Positions 45,780-54,443 of a stretch of 64,000 bases of DNA are shown piece by piece (the stretch's first letter is position 1; each line of letters begins with the position of its first letter). Source of the DNA: Patescibacteria group bacterium (GTDB lineage: Bacteria > Patescibacteriota > Patescibacteriia > UBA1558 > UBA10009). The stretch covers positions 129,084-193,083 of the forward strand of contig JBAZSE010000001.1 of NCBI GenBank assembly GCA_041662565.1. Direction: 5' to 3'. The position numbers and the translations under genes were made by a program. The notes beneath the pieces were generated by a model, which was not told the origin of the DNA, searched no databases, and saw nothing but the letters and a program-made list of their open reading frames with translations.

Positions 45780-46346
45780 TTAATTATATTTATTCATCAC
45801 CTTATCCATGGGTTCGGCCAGTAACATGGCAGCGGCATTAGTAGTATCGGCTAAGGATTGTTTGATTTTATTTTTTTCCAAAAAGCCAAATTTTTGCAAA
45901 ACAAATTTTTCCAGCTCAATTTTACCGGGATGATTTTCGGCAATGCCGATCCTAAATCTGATAAAGTTTTTAACACCCAAACATTCAATAATTGATTTAA
46001 GGCCGTTATGTCCGCCGGCGCTTTCAAATTGGCCAATCCTGATTTTTCCCAAAGGCAAATCCACATCATCGTAAATAACCCAAATATCTTCGGGCTTAAT
46101 TTTAAAATAAGCCACAATAGCTTGAATCGCTTCTCCCGAAGCATTCATAAAAGTTTGCGGTTTAGCTAAAATTATTTTTTGGCCGTTCGTTTCCAATTCC
46201 GAAATTTCCGCTTTAAATTTTTTATTTAAGCTAAAATTAGGCGCGTGCCAATTTGCCTGCAGTGCATCTAACGCCATAAAGCCGGTGTTATGGCGGGTTT
46301 TAAGGTAATCTTTGCCGGGGTTGCCCAGGCCGATAATCAATTTCAT
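45780..46346 (-). CDS. pth: Peptidyl-tRNA hydrolase
   Basis: GLGNPG..Y..TRHNTGF, KPQTFMNASG, DDVDL, GGHNGLKSI. Confidence 0.97.
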   Translation of the reverse strand: MKLIIGLGNPGKDYLKTRHNTGFMALDALQANWHAPNFSLNKKFKAEISELETNGQKIILAKPQTFMNASGEAIQAIVAYFKIKPEDIWVIYDDVDLPLGKIRIGQFESAGGHNGLKSIIECLGVKNFIRFRIGIAENHPGKIELEKFVLQKFGFLEKNKIKQSLADTTNAAAMLLAEPMDKVMNKYN

Positions 46347-46351
46347 AGTTT

Positions 46352-47680
46352 TTACAGCTTTATTCTTCTTACCCTAAGTATAACAGGCGTACCTAAAAAG
46401 CCAAATTTTTCCCGTAACTGATTTTCCATAAATCTGAAATAAGAAAAATGAATATCAGAGGCAAAATCTTTGATGATTTCAAATTCTGGCGGATTTATTC
46501 TGGTTTGCTTAAGCCCTAAAATGCGAGGATGATTAGTGCCCTTGCCCCGCGAGGGAGCGTGTTTTTTAATAATGTTTTTTAAGAATTTATCCAAGGCGTT
46601 CTCTGTAATTTCGCGTGAGCGTTCCTGATAAATTTCTTTAGTTAATTCCAGAATCTTTTTAACTCTTTGGCTTTCTTTGGCCGAGGTAAATAAAATAGGG
46701 GCGTAAGCCAAGTAGGGGAAAAACCGGCGGTAGTAATCGGTAAATTTATTTATGGTGGCGACGTTTTTATCATCAACGGTATCCCATTTGTTGGCAATGA
46801 TAATTAGGCTTTTTTTGGCATCCAAAATAATTTCCGACAAATGCTGATCTTGCTTGCCCAAGGGCTTATCCACTTCGGTAACCAGCAAAACCACATCGGC
46901 TCTATGAATGGTATCCACGGCTTTATCTACGCTGTATTTTTCCAAACGATCGTTGATATGGCTTTTTTTTCTAATGCCGGCCGTGTCTATTAATAGGTAG
47001 TTGTTGCCTTGATAAGTAAATTCCATATCCTGGGGATCGCGCGTGGTGTAGGGAATGGGCGAAACAATAACACGTTCGCTGTCGGTAATGGCATTTAATA
47101 AAGATGATTTGCCAACATTGGGCTTACCGATTATGGCAATTTTGATTATTTTTTCATCCAGCATCGGGGCTTTAGCTTTTTTATTTAATTTGGTTTGAAT
47201 CACATCCAGCAAGTCGCCCGTGCCGCTGCCATTGGTTGCGCTAACCGGCTGAGGAACGCCCAAGCCCAAACGATAATAGTCGGCTAGGTTTTTTCTGGTT
47301 GCTGGATTGTCTGCTTTATTTATCACCACCAAAACAGGTTTTTTGCTTTTTCTTAAAATTTTAGCCACTTCGTTATCTTGGGGCATTAAGCCGTCTTTAG
47401 CTGAAAGCATAAACAGCACTAAATCCGCTTCAGCTAAGGCAAACTTGCTTTGTTTAATAACATCTTCGGTAAAATGTTTTTCGTGAACAATATCCAATCC
47501 TCCCGTATCAATCAAAGTAAAATTTAAACCGCGCCAAGAAACCAAACCATAATTGCGGTCTCGCGTTGTTCCGGCTACGGTGGAAATAATGGCTTTTTTT
47601 TGTTCGGTTAAGCGATTAAACAAAGTTGATTTGCCAACGTTGGCTCGGCCGATTAAAGCGATTTTAGGCAGTTTGTCCAT
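46352..47680 (-). CDS. der: Ribosome biogenesis GTPase Der (EngA)
   Basis: Two G domains: GRANVGKS/DTGG/NKAD and GKPNVGKS/DTAG/NKWD; C-terminal FGFLGTP. Confidence 0.97.
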   Translation of the reverse strand: MDKLPKIALIGRANVGKSTLFNRLTEQKKAIISTVAGTTRDRNYGLVSWRGLNFTLIDTGGLDIVHEKHFTEDVIKQSKFALAEADLVLFMLSAKDGLMPQDNEVAKILRKSKKPVLVVINKADNPATRKNLADYYRLGLGVPQPVSATNGSGTGDLLDVIQTKLNKKAKAPMLDEKIIKIAIIGKPNVGKSSLLNAITDSERVIVSPIPYTTRDPQDMEFTYQGNNYLLIDTAGIRKKSHINDRLEKYSVDKAVDTIHRADVVLLVTEVDKPLGKQDQHLSEIILDAKKSLIIIANKWDTVDDKNVATINKFTDYYRRFFPYLAYAPILFTSAKESQRVKKILELTKEIYQERSREITENALDKFLKNIIKKHAPSRGKGTNHPRILGLKQTRINPPEFEIIKDFASDIHFSYFRFMENQLREKFGFLGTPVILRVRRIKL

Positions 47681-47699
47681 GAAAATGATTTGTTAAAAA

Positions 47700-49349
47700 T
47701 TATTGAGCCAAGGGTGCGGTTGAAGTTGCTAGTTGGGGAGTGGAAGTGGTAGTGATAACGGGTTTTTCTTCCGGCAGTTTAAAAGAATCGGCATAGTCGG
47801 TGCCTAAAATAATTAAAAAGTCAGGTGTTTTGCCGTCATCTATTGCAGCAGTATTGGTATTATTAGCGTTAATTTCGGCTTGCGTTGAGGCAGGCAAATC
47901 TTGAGGCAAGGATTTGGCAACATAGGCGTTAAGTTCCGCCTTAAGCCATTTAAGGGAATTATTTTTTTGGCCGTTGGTTAAATCATAAATAACGGTCCGT
48001 TCATAATCCTGGGTGGCGGCGTTGCCGTATTTAACTATTTTATAGCCAAGTTTTTCTAAAGCCACCGTTGTCCAATAGGCCAAACCATCCTGGGGCGTGC
48101 CGTTTTGAATGGCAATTTTAGCCGCTTCTTCTTTAATTTTGCCGGTATTAAAAATATTTTTAAATTGCCTGGACAAAGAATCAAAGTTGCCGTCTTTGGG
48201 CTGTAAAATCCAGGCGCCATCCGAACTAAAACCCGGTTCCAATATGCTATCGGGCGCATCATCCAAAGTTAAACGGTAAATTTTACTTTCATCGGTATTT
48301 TTTAGCATTTGGGAAATTTTTAAGGCCTGCCAAACCGACAGATTGGTTTCCAACGAACTGCCCAACAATTCTTTGATAGCCGAAAGCTTGGTAGGTGAGA
48401 GCAAAGTGGAAAATTTAAACAGCTTATCTTTAACGGCTTGCAGGATTAATTGCTGTCGCCTGCTTCTGGCAAAGTCCGAACCTTCAAAGTTATTGCCATG
48501 CCGGCTGCGGGCAAAAATTAAAGCTGTTTTGCCGTCCATTGTTTGCTCGCCGGCTGTAAAACTTACCGTGTGGGTTTTATAATCATCGGTCGGATAAAGA
48601 TTATCGGTAAAAGCAACCGGCACATTAACGTTAATCCCGCCGATTTCATCGATAAATTTTTCAAAGCCGTCAAAGGTTACCAGGCCAAAGTAATGGATGG
48701 GCAAATCAAAATTGTTTTCCAAAGTTTGGATAAAATAACGCGCCGCCTGATCTTTATTTTGGCTTCGGCCCAAAGCGTAAATGGAATTTATTTTTGGCCA
48801 TTGGCCGTCTTTAAGCTTAATAACCATATCGCGGGGGATCGAAAGCAGGCCAACTTCGCCGGTAGAGGGTTTTAAGCTGATGATAATAATGGTATCCGTT
48901 AAGTATGGGCCATCGTGGCCTTCGCCGCCAACACCCAAAGCCAATAAATTAATTCTGTCTTGCAGCTCGCCATCCACTCTTTTATCGCTCGAGGTAATCA
49001 AGTAGGCCAATTGGGCAAAAGGATTAAATTTAGCCAAGCCCGCTATATTGCCACCGCTCGGAGAAAAAAGCTTTTCGGATAAATACATGACTCCGGAAAT
49101 TATAATAATCAAAGAAGTGATCAAAATTATTTTAGCAATCGTGTATTTTTTTTCGCTGTAATTTGAATTTTTGTCAAAACGGAATTTAGGCCTGGTTAAA
49201 ATTCCTGGTTTTTCTTCAATAGTATTTTGTTGTTCTATTGGGTCCGAAGCAACAGGAGGTTGGTTAATTAAAAAATTAATCCGGCTGGATGGTCGGTAAA
49301 CTTTATTGTTTTTGGGCAGAATTCTTTTTAAGCCGTCAAGCGGAGACAT
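47700..49349 (-). CDS. LCP (LytR-CpsA-Psr) family protein with LytR C-terminal domain
   Basis: TM; NLLALG, TDTIII, LSIPRD, KINS, FARSRH, SDFARSRRQQ; IQNGT...GLA LytR_C motif. Confidence 0.9.
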   Translation of the reverse strand: MSPLDGLKRILPKNNKVYRPSSRINFLINQPPVASDPIEQQNTIEEKPGILTRPKFRFDKNSNYSEKKYTIAKIILITSLIIIISGVMYLSEKLFSPSGGNIAGLAKFNPFAQLAYLITSSDKRVDGELQDRINLLALGVGGEGHDGPYLTDTIIIISLKPSTGEVGLLSIPRDMVIKLKDGQWPKINSIYALGRSQNKDQAARYFIQTLENNFDLPIHYFGLVTFDGFEKFIDEIGGINVNVPVAFTDNLYPTDDYKTHTVSFTAGEQTMDGKTALIFARSRHGNNFEGSDFARSRRQQLILQAVKDKLFKFSTLLSPTKLSAIKELLGSSLETNLSVWQALKISQMLKNTDESKIYRLTLDDAPDSILEPGFSSDGAWILQPKDGNFDSLSRQFKNIFNTGKIKEEAAKIAIQNGTPQDGLAYWTTVALEKLGYKIVKYGNAATQDYERTVIYDLTNGQKNNSLKWLKAELNAYVAKSLPQDLPASTQAEINANNTNTAAIDDGKTPDFLIILGTDYADSFKLPEEKPVITTTSTPQLATSTAPLAQ

Positions 49350-49515
49350 GTGAATTTTATAGGGAATAAATAATAAGTAATTTTGAATTAAGATGGGTCT
49401 ATTATAATGGGAATTAGGTGTTTAGTCAATCAATGGTGCACTACCCTTGATTTTAATGATTTTGGCTGTTATAATAGCTGTAATTTACTTTAAATATAAG
49501 GTATTTTAAGAATAA

Positions 49516-49592
49516 GGATGCGTAGCTCAGCTGGTTAGAGCGCTGCATTCACATTGCAGAGGTCAGAGGTTCGATCCCTCTCGCGTCCACCA
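49516..49592 (+). tRNA. tRNA-Val(CAC)
   Basis: Acceptor GGATGCG/CGCGTCC-A-CCA; anticodon arm CTGCA-TTCACAT-TGCAG; GGTTCGATCC T-arm. Confidence 0.96.
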
Positions 49593-49650
49593 CGCTTAGC
49601 GTGGTGGAAGTCGCGCTAAGCGCGACACCATCGAGCTTAGCTCGACACCA
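49590..49650. repeat. Three tandem GC-TTA/TAA-GC triloop hairpins after tRNA-Val
   Basis: CCACGC-TTA-GCGTGG, GTCGCGC-TAA-GCGCGAC, TCGAGC-TTA-GCTCGA; the last two run into GACACCA. Confidence 0.7.
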
Positions 49651-49723
49651 CACGTCTTTGCTTTATATAGCGTTTTCTGTTACATTGTTAGATAGTTTAT
49701 CTTCATAATTCAATATTTTTTTC

Positions 49724-50365
49724 ATGAACATTCTTGATTTAAGGCAGCCAGAAGAACAAGAGCCAACAGAGCCCGTTGAGCCAACTGGTTATAATCAAAT
49801 TGCCCCTCGCCATGGCTTTAAAGAATATTTTTTTGAAATAGTAAAAATCATCATTTTTTCCTTGGCCATCATCGTACCGGTTAGAATGTTCGTTGTTCAG
49901 CCGTTTATTGTGGAAGGCGATTCCATGTTGCCTAATTTCCATGACGGCGAATACTTGATTGTTGATGAAATAAGCTATCGCTTTACCGCACCGGTTAGGG
50001 GAGAGGTAGTGATTTTCCATCCACCGCTTTCGCCAAAAACCTATTACATCAAAAGAATCATGGGTTTGCCCAATGAAACGGTGGAATTAAAAGACGGCAA
50101 TATTTATATTTATAATGCCCAGTTTCCCCAAGGCCAATTGGTTGATGAATCCGCCTACTTAACCAATGATAAGGTTAATGAAACCAGCCGGGTGGAATTA
50201 AAAGACGGTCAATATTTTGTGATGGGGGATAACCGTAATAATAGCTTGGATTCCAGGCGCATCGGCCCCATTACCATGAAAAATATCAAAGGCCGGGCTT
50301 TAATTAGGGCTTTTCCTTTTAACAAATTTACTTTATTTAAAGCACCCCAAAATATTTTACCTTAA
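49724..50365 (+). CDS. lepB: Signal peptidase I
   Basis: VEGDSMLPN (catalytic Ser), YIKRI (catalytic Lys), GDNRNNSLDSR. Confidence 0.95.
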   Translation: MNILDLRQPEEQEPTEPVEPTGYNQIAPRHGFKEYFFEIVKIIIFSLAIIVPVRMFVVQPFIVEGDSMLPNFHDGEYLIVDEISYRFTAPVRGEVVIFHPPLSPKTYYIKRIMGLPNETVELKDGNIYIYNAQFPQGQLVDESAYLTNDKVNETSRVELKDGQYFVMGDNRNNSLDSRRIGPITMKNIKGRALIRAFPFNKFTLFKAPQNILP

Positions 50366-51684
50366 TGAATACACCTAAAAAAGAATTCAAAAAAAAGAAA
50401 TCCTTACAACTCGTTCGTGGCATGAAAGATATTTTGCCCGAAGAACAGCGTTATTGGGATTTTTGTCGCGATTTGGTTGATAAATTGGCCCGGGCTCATG
50501 GTTTTGAAAGAATCGATACGCCGGTGTTGGAATTTACCGAACTTTTTGTGCGGGCGGTTGGCCAAGTAACCGATATTGTGGAAAAAGAAATGTATTCCTT
50601 TGTTGATCAAGGGGATGATCATTTGGCTTTGCGCCCCGAAGGCACGGCCGGTGTGGTTAGATCATACATTGAACACGGCATGTTAAATTTGCCCCAGCCG
50701 GTAAAGCTGTATTATTTTGCTCCCATGTTTAGGCGTGATAAGCCCCAGGCCGGCAGATACCGCCAGCATTTTCAATTCGGTTTTGAAATAATCGGCGAAG
50801 CCGAGGCCGTGGTTGATGCCCAGGTTATTTTAATCGCTTACAAAATTTATCAAGCCATAAATTTGCCGGTTAATATTCAAATCAACAGTATTGGCTGCCC
50901 TTCTTGTAGGCCGGAATACGAAAACGAACTTAAAGATTATTTAAAAAAGCAAAAAAACAAGTTAAGTGAAATTTCCCAGGCGCGTTTGATTAAAAATCCT
51001 ATGCGGGTTTTGGATTCCAAAGAAAAAGAAGATGCCGAAATTATCGCCGAAGCTCCCCAACAGATTGATTTTTTGTGCGAAAATTGCCGCAACCACTTTA
51101 CTCAAGTTTTGGAATATTTGGATGAATTGGAAGTTCCTTATTCTTTAAATCCCACTATCGTGCGGGGTTTGGATTATTATACCCGCACTGCTTTTGAAAT
51201 TTGGGCCGGCACCGAAGAAGGCGGCAGACAAAGCGCTCTTGGAGGCGGTGGCCGTTATGATGGCTTAGTGGAACAGTTGGGCGGTAACCCCACGCCGGCT
51301 GTTGGTTTTGCTTGCGGAGTAGAGCGTTTTGTTTCGCAAATCAAAGAAACCGATTTTAAAGTTCCTGATCGTTTGCGCCCGGAGATTTTTTTGGCGCAAT
51401 TAGGCATTGAGGCCCGAAAAAAGGTCTTGGCTTTGTTTGAAGATTTGCAGGCCGCCGGTATTAAAGTGGTGGAAAATTTTTCCAAAAGCGGGCTTAAGCC
51501 CCAATTGGAAATGGCCAATAAACTGGGGGTAAAATTCACCATGATTTTAGGGCAAAAGGAAATTATAGACGATACCATCATGATTCGGGATATGGAAAAC
51601 GGTATACAGGAAGTGGTTGATTTCCATAAAGCCGTGGCGGAAATTAAAAAGCGCTTGGAAAAATCAGTGGTGAGTGATAAATAA
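50365..51684 (+). CDS. hisS: Histidine--tRNA ligase
   Basis: RGMKD, LRPEGTA, FRRDKPQAGRYRQHFQ, VRGLDYY, GGGRYDGL. Confidence 0.98.
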   Translation: MNTPKKEFKKKKSLQLVRGMKDILPEEQRYWDFCRDLVDKLARAHGFERIDTPVLEFTELFVRAVGQVTDIVEKEMYSFVDQGDDHLALRPEGTAGVVRSYIEHGMLNLPQPVKLYYFAPMFRRDKPQAGRYRQHFQFGFEIIGEAEAVVDAQVILIAYKIYQAINLPVNIQINSIGCPSCRPEYENELKDYLKKQKNKLSEISQARLIKNPMRVLDSKEKEDAEIIAEAPQQIDFLCENCRNHFTQVLEYLDELEVPYSLNPTIVRGLDYYTRTAFEIWAGTEEGGRQSALGGGGRYDGLVEQLGGNPTPAVGFACGVERFVSQIKETDFKVPDRLRPEIFLAQLGIEARKKVLALFEDLQAAGIKVVENFSKSGLKPQLEMANKLGVKFTMILGQKEIIDDTIMIRDMENGIQEVVDFHKAVAEIKKRLEKSVVSDK

Positions 51685-51738
51685 TATAATTATTTAAGTA
51701 GCTTTTAAACTGAGCGGTGCCCCTCGGCAAGCTCGGGA

Positions 51739-51771
51739 CAAATAGTTTTCAGCAAAGCTGAAAACTATTTG
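51739..51771. repeat. Perfect 15-bp inverted repeat with triloop
   Basis: CAAATAGTTTTCAGC-AAA-GCTGAAAACTATTTG, preceded by a CCCTCGGCAAGCTCGGG hairpin. Confidence 0.7.
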
Positions 51772-51869
51772 ACTATTATTTTTAAATATGTTATTACTAT
51801 ATAAGAATATAGTAATAATTTTTTGTAAAGATTACTATATAAATCTTAAAGAAAGGAAGGTGAGTTATC

Positions 51870-52130
51870 ATGTTGGAAGTAAAAAAGAAAGATAATGAAA
51901 ATTTTGAATCGCTAATCAGGCGTTTTACCAGAAAAACCATTCAGAGCGGCAAGTTGATTCAAGCCAAAAAAATCAGGTTTCACCAAAAACCCATTAGCAA
52001 AGTGGCCACAAAAGCCAAGGCTATTAGGCGTGGCGAACTTAGAAAAGAGCGCGAATACTTAAGAAAAATCGGCAAACTTGATGATTTATTGGAAAAAAAC
52101 AGCCGCCGGGGCTTTAAAGGTAGAAAATAA
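51870..52130 (+). CDS. rpsU: 30S ribosomal protein S21
   Basis: EVKKKDNENFESLIRRF...RFHQKP; adjacent to yqeY; SD-like AGGAAGGTG upstream. Confidence 0.85.
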   Translation: MLEVKKKDNENFESLIRRFTRKTIQSGKLIQAKKIRFHQKPISKVATKAKAIRRGELRKEREYLRKIGKLDDLLEKNSRRGFKGRK

Positions 52131-52165
52131 CGCCTTGTTCAGTATTCAACTTCTAAAGAAATATT

Positions 52166-52609
52166 ATGTCTAATTTATCGGCTCGTTTGGAAGAGGATTT
52201 TACCATTGCCCTTAAAAGTAAAGATGCGATTAAAGTTGGCGCTTTGCGTTTATTGAAAGCGGCCTTAAAAAACGAGCAAATTCAAAAAAAAGCCGAATTG
52301 CTTGATGAAGATATAGTCAAGGTTTTGCGGCGCGAACTTAAAGCCAGGCAGGATTCTATAACCAGCTATTTGGCTGCCAACAGGCAGGATTTAGTTGCTC
52401 AAGAACAACTGGAAGCCGATTTAATAAGCGCTTATTTGCCGGCAGAAATGCCTGAAGAAGAGTTGAGTAAAATAATTGATAAGATATTGTCTGAAAACAG
52501 TTTTACGGCCAAAGATTTTGGTCAAGTCATGAAATTGGTTATGGCTCAAACCAAAGGCAATGCCTCGGGTAATGCCATTAGCGCTTTGGTTAAAAAAGCG
52601 CTTAAATAA
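52166..52609 (+). CDS. yqeY: GatB/YqeY domain protein
   Basis: ALKSKD..ALRLLKAAL, RQDSI..Y..ANR.DL..QE..E...I.AYLP, DFGQVMKLVM. Confidence 0.92.
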   Translation: MSNLSARLEEDFTIALKSKDAIKVGALRLLKAALKNEQIQKKAELLDEDIVKVLRRELKARQDSITSYLAANRQDLVAQEQLEADLISAYLPAEMPEEELSKIIDKILSENSFTAKDFGQVMKLVMAQTKGNASGNAISALVKKALK

Positions 52610-52649
52610 GTTAATTTGATTTAAGTTAAAAAGCGAAAACAGCAACCCC

Positions 52650-54431
52650 ATGCTATTTAGAGCTTTTAATCGGAATATTAAAACAGCTACTTTACTAACA
52701 AGTATGGTTATTTTAGTAGCTGTTTTTGTTTTGCCAATACTGGCTTTAGCCCAAACTTCTTTAGGATTTGAACCCGTTGGATCAACAGGTTTGGGAACCC
52801 GTGATCTTAAAGATATCATCATCCTGATTATTAAAATCTTTTTGGGCTTTTTAGGCATTATTGCCGTTGGCTTAATTATCTGGGGCGGTTATACCTGGAT
52901 GACTTCCGGCGGAGAAGAAGACAAAATTTCCGAAGGCAAAAAGATCATTACCAACGCCGTTATTGGCTTGGTTATTATTTTATCTTCTTACGCGATTGTG
53001 CTATTTGTTGTGAGCAAATTTGATGTTGCCAATCAGCCGGGAGGAAATGTGCCTAACAGAGATCGGCGTGAATTTGATGTTAATATCGGAGCTTTTGGCG
53101 GCGGAATTTTAAGGAGCGTTTACCCGGAGCCGGGCGATCGGGATGTGCCCAGAAACGCCATGATCATGGTTAGCTTTAAAGAAAGAATGGATATCTCTTC
53201 CATTATTGAAAGCAATAATCAGCCGGTTGCTTGCGCCAACTTGCCCGAAAATATAACTTGCGGTTATTTAAAAGAATTTACTTTGCCCGATGAATCAGTT
53301 GTGCCGGCAGTTAAAATCATCAATCAAAATGATGATTCAAATTGGCTTTTGGCTAATCAAGTGGTGGTAACTACCGTTGACCGCCAAAATTTTGTTTTTA
53401 ATCCCGCTCCGCTTTTGGGTTCGGCGGATGGAGAGACCGCTTATTCGGTTAATCTTTCGGAGAGGATATTAAAAGATAATGGCCAGGCGGCTTTTTATTC
53501 CGGCGGCTATACTTGGTCGTTTGAAGTCAGTAATGTTTCGGATGTAACCGGGCCTCGAGTGGAAAGCGTATTGCCTAAGGCCGGTTCCACGGTAGCCAAA
53601 AATGCGGTTATTCAAATAAATTTTAATGAGGCCTTAAGCTTAATTTCCGCCACCGGGCATTCAACCGGTAATCCGGGTGAGGCATTTAATAACTTGTTAA
53701 TTAGCTATATCAATGATCAAGAAGCTCCGCAATATTTAAGTGGAGAATTTACCATCAGCAACAGGTTTAGAACAATAGAATTTTTACCCGATCAGGCCTG
53801 CACGGTTGATGGCCAAGAAGTTAGGGCAAATTCTTGTGGGGTTGCGCCAAAGTGTTTGCCAGCCAGCCAAATTATCACTATTTTAGCCAAAGCCGCCACG
53901 GTTAATGAAGCAGGCGAAACCGTAGATTTATTTTCCGGTTTAACCGATGCTTCCGGCAATTCATTGGATGGCAATGCCAATGGTGATTCTCAAGGCCAGC
54001 CAACTGATAATTTTACTTCAAGTTTTAATACTAATAACGAATTGGATTTAACTCCGCCGGTTATTGAAAACATTACTCCGGATCAGGGTTCGGCTAACTC
54101 CCCTAAAAACAGCAGGATTAATGCCGGTTTTAGTGAACAATTAAGAAGCAGTACCGTTAACAGCGATAATTTTAAGGTTTACAAATTTGCTTGCGACGGA
54201 CCTGCTTTCCCCGAGCAGTTAAGCTGTTATCCCGAAGGCGGTTTTAATGTTTATAAGGAAAATAGGGAAAATAAAACCAAAGCGATTTTAAGAACTTACT
54301 ATCCGTATCTGGATCCTTTAACCGTTTATAATCCCAGGTTAACAGCCGGCATCCAAGATTTGTATCAAAACTGTTTTAATCCGGCAACCGGCCCATGCGC
54401 AGAGGGGCAAGTGAGTCCAGGTTGCAGATAA
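52650..54431 (+). CDS. VirB2-like pilin module fused to three Ig-like (Big_5-like) domains
   Basis: Signal peptide ending ALA; pilin hairpin FLGFLGIIAVGLIIWGGYTWMTSGG...NAVIGL; repeats P.....VPRN..I.V.F, DVTGP.V....P, DLTPP.I....P. Confidence 0.75.
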   Translation: MLFRAFNRNIKTATLLTSMVILVAVFVLPILALAQTSLGFEPVGSTGLGTRDLKDIIILIIKIFLGFLGIIAVGLIIWGGYTWMTSGGEEDKISEGKKIITNAVIGLVIILSSYAIVLFVVSKFDVANQPGGNVPNRDRREFDVNIGAFGGGILRSVYPEPGDRDVPRNAMIMVSFKERMDISSIIESNNQPVACANLPENITCGYLKEFTLPDESVVPAVKIINQNDDSNWLLANQVVVTTVDRQNFVFNPAPLLGSADGETAYSVNLSERILKDNGQAAFYSGGYTWSFEVSNVSDVTGPRVESVLPKAGSTVAKNAVIQINFNEALSLISATGHSTGNPGEAFNNLLISYINDQEAPQYLSGEFTISNRFRTIEFLPDQACTVDGQEVRANSCGVAPKCLPASQIITILAKAATVNEAGETVDLFSGLTDASGNSLDGNANGDSQGQPTDNFTSSFNTNNELDLTPPVIENITPDQGSANSPKNSRINAGFSEQLRSSTVNSDNFKVYKFACDGPAFPEQLSCYPEGGFNVYKENRENKTKAILRTYYPYLDPLTVYNPRLTAGIQDLYQNCFNPATGPCAEGQVSPGCR

Positions 54432-54443
54432 TATTTTTAAACA

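Noticed and set aside
49590-49650. CRISPR array
   Set aside because: Units are 15-20 bp with differing stems and no spacers; no cas genes anywhere in the window.
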